A DNA stretch of 64,000 nucleotides from Candidatus Thorarchaeota archaeon (GTDB taxonomy: Archaea; Asgardarchaeota; Thorarchaeia; Thorarchaeales; Thorarchaeaceae), in the NCBI GenBank assembly GCA_011364905.1, contig RDNZ01000008.1, forward strand, positions 1 to 64,000, in the 5' to 3' direction. The notes beneath the pieces were generated by a model. It did not search any database, was not told the origin of the DNA, and saw only the letters and a list, made by a program, of their open reading frames with translations. Positions 58,961 to 64,000 of the stretch are shown here, piece by piece (positions within the stretch are counted from its first letter, which is position 1; every line of letters starts with the position of its first letter). The translations under genes and the position numbers were made by a program.

Positions 58961-60538
58961 TCACCACAGTGCATCACGAGATTCTTTGCCGATTCGTTCC
59001 ATCTCTAGTCTAGTATGGTAGGAGTCCCTCATCAACTCTCGATATCTTCTAATGAAGTCCTCGGCCATAAGCTGACCACTTCGTAGCATGTGGACAGTAT
59101 CTCGAATTGCTGCTTCAATGGATGCTGCATCTCTTTGTAGCGAATGTAGCCTGGGATTAGTATCATAACTTGGGTGAATACTTGGTTTCTGACCATATTG
59201 GCCAACGACTCTGCCAAGCTCATCTTTGAATGATTCCGGTTTTCTGTAGTAACTATCGTAGGGGTAATGGCGAACAGGAGAAGGATTCCACCCCTCTGCT
59301 CCAGGTATTGAACCTGGTCGCATCATTGACATATCTTCCTTGTACTGAGACCTGTCATTGGTGGAGAGGAGTGAATAAACCATCCCTTCGATCTTTAATC
59401 GCACATCGCTTGTGCTGATATCGGTTTGCTCAATCTTTCTGACCCTTTGCATATCAGTTTGTATATACTTCTCAAACTTCCTAGCAATTTCAATATAGTC
59501 TGGCAAGACTTTCTTTGTCTGGTCAGCACATGTTAGTCTAATCTCCCCTTGTTTTAACTTTAAGACGAGGCGTTTTCGGAGTCGCCCATCCTCCTCAATA
59601 GATTTCAAATAGAGCAACGGGAAGTCAAAGATGGTTTCCATCTTCTTTCTGACTCTTCCAGTTTCTGCAATGAACAGCAGTCGTTTGTTTGTCATGAAAA
59701 GCATTCCAAGGGCCTTATCGTTTTTGAGAAAGTCGCTACCTGATATTTTGATATCAGGAAGGGCACACACAGGCAACTCTCCAACTGAAAGTTGACCGTG
59801 TTCATAGAACATGGTAAACTGCCCTTTGTAGTAATCGAGCCCATCAAGCTGCCTCTTGACGTCCTTGAGTGTTTCTCTTAGAGGTTCGAGGGACTCGTCA
59901 ACATTCTGTTTATAGTAGATACCCATCTCTGTTATTCTGTTCGTTATCCCCTCTATGAATGGGAATTGATTTGGATTCCATTGATTATAGTCGATGAAGT
60001 CCCTTGTTTCAGCTGCCATTCTCTTTGCTATGATCTCTGCTTGACTAGAGATTCTATTCTTAATCGCCGGCAGTTCATCCTGCATGCCTTCAATCTTCTC
60101 TTCTATCCATTTGTAGTGGAGAAAGTTAGCCATTCTTAGAGATACAAGCAGTCTCTTTGCACTCGCTAGTTTGTTTGTGAACTCTCTGAGTTTAGTATGT
60201 CCATACTGAATAGTCATTATGGCATGTCGCATATCTAGGGCAAGAGACCTTCTCCGGTCTTCCAGAAGTACGACTCTGGTAGAGTGGCACTTCGGACAGA
60301 TATCCACTGTTTTTCGTCCCTTGCTGAGTTCCTCTGATTCACATTGCGGGCATGTTTCGAACTTCTCACCGGGCACTGGTGTTCCCAGTATGTGGTGGCA
60401 CTCACTGCAAACAATGTACTCTGTGGATTTTGATTCAAGACATTCCGTACACAAGGCGGCCCCACAGTCTTCACACATATGTGTCGCTCTTCCAGATTGA
60501 CACGATTTGCATTGGCCCGTTGGAGAGTCTTTTATCAA
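58961..60538 (-). CDS. ESCRT-I Vps23/37-like protein: Zn fingers (B-box-like) + coiled coil + PH/GLUE-like domain + steadiness box
   Basis: Six CxxC pairs at the N-terminus, heptad region, GMLFMTNKRLLF PH strand, P/Y-rich linker, C-terminal IEAAIRDT..ML.SGQL..EDFIRRYREL. Confidence 0.72.
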   Translation of the reverse strand: MIKDSPTGQCKSCQSGRATHMCEDCGAALCTECLESKSTEYIVCSECHHILGTPVPGEKFETCPQCESEELSKGRKTVDICPKCHSTRVVLLEDRRRSLALDMRHAIMTIQYGHTKLREFTNKLASAKRLLVSLRMANFLHYKWIEEKIEGMQDELPAIKNRISSQAEIIAKRMAAETRDFIDYNQWNPNQFPFIEGITNRITEMGIYYKQNVDESLEPLRETLKDVKRQLDGLDYYKGQFTMFYEHGQLSVGELPVCALPDIKISGSDFLKNDKALGMLFMTNKRLLFIAETGRVRKKMETIFDFPLLYLKSIEEDGRLRKRLVLKLKQGEIRLTCADQTKKVLPDYIEIARKFEKYIQTDMQRVRKIEQTDISTSDVRLKIEGMVYSLLSTNDRSQYKEDMSMMRPGSIPGAEGWNPSPVRHYPYDSYYRKPESFKDELGRVVGQYGQKPSIHPSYDTNPRLHSLQRDAASIEAAIRDTVHMLRSGQLMAEDFIRRYRELMRDSYHTRLEMERIGKESRDALW

Positions 60539-60704
60539 GTGAGTACCTCCGGTAGTCTACTTACATCGAGGAGTTATCCAAGAATAACTCGTGTATTATT
60601 CTGGAAACATCGGGGTATCTCTGTATAAATTGCTAAAAGATTGTACACGCCATATCAGTTATATCCGACTAGAATTGCCTGACCTTAATTCACAGGCGAT
60701 ATTC

Positions 60705-62090
60705 ATGGAAGACCTAGCTCAGGCAGCCATCGATGCAGCTCTAAAAACCGGTGCAAGTTTCGCAGATGTCAGAATCGAGAATTCTACCACGACTATTATC
60801 GAACTTAACGATGGCATCACTCGACAGTCAATGGCTTCGCGGCTGAGAGGTGCTGGAATCCGTGCATTTGTCGACGGAGCATGGGCATTTGCTCAGACAA
60901 CGAACCTGACGCGTGAGGGGCTGAAAGAAACCGCCGAATCCGTCGCCAAGCTTGCTATGGCTACTCGAAACAAAGTCGACGAGAGATTTTCAATTGATGG
61001 TCCCGTTTATGAAGACAAAGTTGAACTGAACGTTAGACGCCCTTTTGAAAGCGTAACGATTGATGAGAAGATGCAATTTGTCCAATTGATTGATAATCAG
61101 GCACGTGAGTTCGACCCGAGAATCGTTTCTACGAGAACTATCTATGGCGAGTTGACCTCTGAACTATATATAGCCAATTCAATAGGAACGCGAGTTTATC
61201 TTCAAAATGCAATTCCAAGAATAATCTCAGTACCAACTGCAAAGGACGGTCCAAATCGACAACGAATCCAACAGTCCATCAGTCTTCGAAGCGGGTTCGA
61301 AGAAATGGAAACAGAGGCTGCACAGAACATTGGTGTGACAGCTGCGAAACTCGCTATCGCTCTCTTATCCTCTAAGGCCGCTGAGGGTGGGATGTATGAT
61401 GTAGTCCTTGACCCAGCTCTAAATGGTGTAGTGACTCATGAGGCGTTTGGCCATGCCACAGAAGCTGACAACTGGATCTCTCACTCGACTGTCCTTGAAG
61501 ATAAAATCAACAAGAAGGTAGGTCCTGAATATCTCAGCATAAGCGACGATCCAACACTAGATGGCAAGCGTGGGTCAACAGAGTATGATTGGGAGGGGAC
61601 CAAGACCAAGAAGCGGCATCTTGTGAAAGATGGAATTCTTACTGACCTACTTCATAGTCTAGAAACCTCAAGCCGGTTAGGTCTAGAACCTAATGGGGCG
61701 GCTCGCTCGCAGTCGTTCATGCATGTTCCACAGCCTCGAATGAGCAACACTTTCATGGAGCCAAAGGACTGGGAGGTAGATGAACTCATTGAGGATACGA
61801 AGCAGGGGATTCTTCTTTGCAGTTTCAACTACGGCTATACGCAGAGTGCAAAAGGTCAGTTCATGTTTCAAGCAAGCTATGGATATGTTATCGAAAACGG
61901 AGAGAGAGGAACTATGGTCCGAGATGTATCGCTTGCAGGAAACATCCTCGATATACTAACAAGGATTGATGCGATTGGAAAAGACTTCGAGTTGGAGGCG
62001 GGGACATGTGGAAAAGATGGGCAGAGCGTTCCTACAATGACTGGGGGTCCACATGCTAGAATCAGACAGGTGCCCGTAGGAGGAATGTAA
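60705..62090 (+). CDS. tldD: TldD metalloprotease subunit
   Basis: GASFADVR, HEAFGH metal motif, D.EG..T, PRMSNT, GTCGKDGQ.VP..GGP. Likely start at ATG 60705. Confidence 0.92.
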   Translation: MEDLAQAAIDAALKTGASFADVRIENSTTTIIELNDGITRQSMASRLRGAGIRAFVDGAWAFAQTTNLTREGLKETAESVAKLAMATRNKVDERFSIDGPVYEDKVELNVRRPFESVTIDEKMQFVQLIDNQAREFDPRIVSTRTIYGELTSELYIANSIGTRVYLQNAIPRIISVPTAKDGPNRQRIQQSISLRSGFEEMETEAAQNIGVTAAKLAIALLSSKAAEGGMYDVVLDPALNGVVTHEAFGHATEADNWISHSTVLEDKINKKVGPEYLSISDDPTLDGKRGSTEYDWEGTKTKKRHLVKDGILTDLLHSLETSSRLGLEPNGAARSQSFMHVPQPRMSNTFMEPKDWEVDELIEDTKQGILLCSFNYGYTQSAKGQFMFQASYGYVIENGERGTMVRDVSLAGNILDILTRIDAIGKDFELEAGTCGKDGQSVPTMTGGPHARIRQVPVGGM

Positions 62091-62091
62091 A

Positions 62092-63441
62092 CTGAAGGAG
62101 CAGCTCCTTGAAATTGCAGAATCTGCAGTGAGGTTGGCTGAAAAACTAGGGGCCTCGCAGGCTGAGGCTTATGTGGGTCAATCTCACGCTTTTTCCATAG
62201 AAGCTGAAAACTCCGCAATCCGAAATGCAGAGGAAACTGTTGATGCAGGGATTGGTATTCGAGCAGTCATAGACAAAAAGATAGGATTTGCGTTTGTCAC
62301 CACGCTTTCAGATGATGATGTACGTGAGGCTGTGGAAAAGTCAGTGATTCTTTCTAGAGCCTCAATACCCGATCCCGACTTTGTTAGTCTTCCGTCTGGT
62401 GACGACTCATATCAACCAGTCAATGGTCTCTATGACAAGGAAATTGCTGCTCTCTCATCTGAAGAAATCGCTGACATGATAATTAGGGTGATAGATTCTT
62501 CCAGACAGGTTCTAGAAGGCCGAAGTTATGCAATTTCTGCTGGCGTGCAGAGTTCGTTCGGAGTAAATGCAGTTGTCAATTCATTAGGAATCTCATGCTC
62601 AGAATCACGGACATCACTGTTTCTAAGTTCATCTCCAGTAGTAAAGAGTGAGGACGACCAAACAACAAGTTATGATTTTCAATTGACTAGGGACCTCAGT
62701 GAAGCGAATCCGGAGCATGTGGGCGAAAGCGGCGCTGAACGAACACTTAGTTTACTTGGTCCAAGGATTATCGAAGGGGGCGAAATGCCTGTCGTCTTCG
62801 CTCCTCTAGGAGCCGCAACTGTCATAGGGAGAGGTTTTGCTGGTGCTGTGTATGCAGAGGAGGTCCAGAAGGGCCGCTCATATGTCAGCGACGCATTTGG
62901 CGATACCATCGCTTCCGAACACCTTGAGATAGTGGACGATGCACTGTTGCCCTCTGGTTTGGGTTCAAGAACGTTTGATGCAGAAGGCTATCCATCGCAA
63001 AAGACATTGATAATAGAAAAGGGTGTATTGAAGGGACTACTTCACAACTCGTATACTGCAAACAAAGATAAAGTTCCGAATACCGGGAATGCTAGTAGGC
63101 CATCATATTCGGGTCTCCCTTCGATATCGACTTCTAACTTTATCATCAAACCAGGGAGTGGTACATTAGATGACTTGGTTTCTGAAATAGATAGGGGTGT
63201 TGTATGCAGAAACACTGCAGACCGTCCGAATATGACCACTGGTGATCTCAGCGCGATGCTATATGAGGGATTTTACATTGAAAGAGGCGAAATAAAGCAT
63301 CCACTCAAAAACACCCTTATTGGAATAAACATGCGTGACTTGCTGAAACGGGTCACCCGAGTCGGAAGTGATACAAGAACAACACTCGCAATGATCACTC
63401 CCTCGTTTGTAATTGAAAATGCCACAGTCACATCTGGCTAG
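62092..63441 (+). CDS. pmbA: PmbA/TldE subunit
   Basis: GIGIRA, FDAEG.P, TGNASR, TTGD.S. No HExxH. Follows tldD. Probable CTG start at 62092 (GTG 62128 is the alternative). Confidence 0.9.
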   Translation: MKEQLLEIAESAVRLAEKLGASQAEAYVGQSHAFSIEAENSAIRNAEETVDAGIGIRAVIDKKIGFAFVTTLSDDDVREAVEKSVILSRASIPDPDFVSLPSGDDSYQPVNGLYDKEIAALSSEEIADMIIRVIDSSRQVLEGRSYAISAGVQSSFGVNAVVNSLGISCSESRTSLFLSSSPVVKSEDDQTTSYDFQLTRDLSEANPEHVGESGAERTLSLLGPRIIEGGEMPVVFAPLGAATVIGRGFAGAVYAEEVQKGRSYVSDAFGDTIASEHLEIVDDALLPSGLGSRTFDAEGYPSQKTLIIEKGVLKGLLHNSYTANKDKVPNTGNASRPSYSGLPSISTSNFIIKPGSGTLDDLVSEIDRGVVCRNTADRPNMTTGDLSAMLYEGFYIERGEIKHPLKNTLIGINMRDLLKRVTRVGSDTRTTLAMITPSFVIENATVTSG

Positions 63442-63442
63442 T

Positions 63443-64000
63443 TTACATACGCTTTACAACCGGGATGCCCAAGACGGTCAGGCAGTTTGCCATGGTTGTT
63501 TTGAATGCTCTTACTAATGCCATTCTAGATGCCCTCACATTCGCCTCCGCCTTCAACACTGGACAAGAGTCATAGAACTTGCTGAAGAGGTTTGCAAGGC
63601 CATAGGCGTATGCCGTGAGTCTGTTTGAGGCAAAGCTTGTCCCCCACACGTTCTTCTTCAGGGATCTGGCAACCTCAAGAAGTTCCTCAGGAAAATGAGC
63701 AAGAGCTTTGACCAAAGCAAACTCCGCGTCAGACACGAGAATTTTGAGGTCGGCATCGGATGCCACATCTTCACCTGCCTTTTCTAGTATTCTCTGAGCT
63801 CTTGCATGAGAATATTGGAGATAAGGCGCTGCATCACCGTTGAAATCGAGAACCTCATTCCATCTGAAGGTGATCTGCCTATCAGGGGAAGCATTCAGCA
63901 TGAAGTATCGAATTGCTCCTACAGCTATCTGGCTGGCGACAGTGTCTTTGAATGTATCATCATCTTCTGGATTTCTCTTATCGACCTCGATTCTTGCTAG
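63443..64000 (-). CDS. argS: Arginyl-tRNA synthetase, C-terminal anticodon-binding (DALR) part; 5' end outside window
   Basis: GAIRYFML, F.W..VLDF.GD..PYLQYSHARA..IL, FSKFY..CPVL, LGI....RM C-terminus. Frame open to the window edge. Confidence 0.93.
   Translation of the reverse strand, partial: LARIEVDKRNPEDDDTFKDTVASQIAVGAIRYFMLNASPDRQITFRWNEVLDFNGDAAPYLQYSHARAQRILEKAGEDVASDADLKILVSDAEFALVKALAHFPEELLEVARSLKKNVWGTSFASNRLTAYAYGLANLFSKFYDSCPVLKAEANVRASRMALVRAFKTTMANCLTVLGIPVVKRM

Noticed and set aside
1-64000. CRISPR arrays, IS elements, rRNA
   Set aside because: No regularly spaced short direct repeats, transposase ORFs or long non-coding stretches; intergenic gaps are all under about 250 bp.

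Overview
Gene-dense archaeal chromosomal segment, most consistent with an Asgard archaeon (Thorarchaeia-like; inferred from crenarchaeal-type PolB1, archaeal AspRS/ArgRS/TldDE, a full ESCRT locus, Ras-like and LRR proteins). Left to right: herA-mre11-rad50; two tandem GT-C membrane glycosyltransferases; a cytoplasmic GIFT(IFT52/GldG)-like coiled-coil protein; HIT, PPC/DUF296 and PolB1; hypotheticals; a class III aminotransferase; an orphan amino-methyltransferase; a 29.6-kb operon of two paralogous giant single-pass surface proteins (5889 and 3981 aa); an LRR protein; two tandem Ras-like proteins with degenerate G1/G3 motifs; a hydrolase, wHTH and aspS; a five-gene ESCRT cluster; tldD-pmbA; and the 3' end of argS. 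Best candidates for new biology: (1) a rewired ESCRT-I/II in which a Vps28 core is fused to Vps22 and a Vps23/37 steadiness box carries Zn-finger/coiled-coil/PH domains instead of a UEV; (2) the giant receptor-like pair with length-matched stalks and reciprocal copy numbers of extracellular and cytoplasmic modules; (3) duplicated pseudo-GTPases with a natural S17N-like P-loop. No CRISPR array, rRNA, tRNA or mobile element was recognised. All family calls come from reading motifs by eye, not from database searches.
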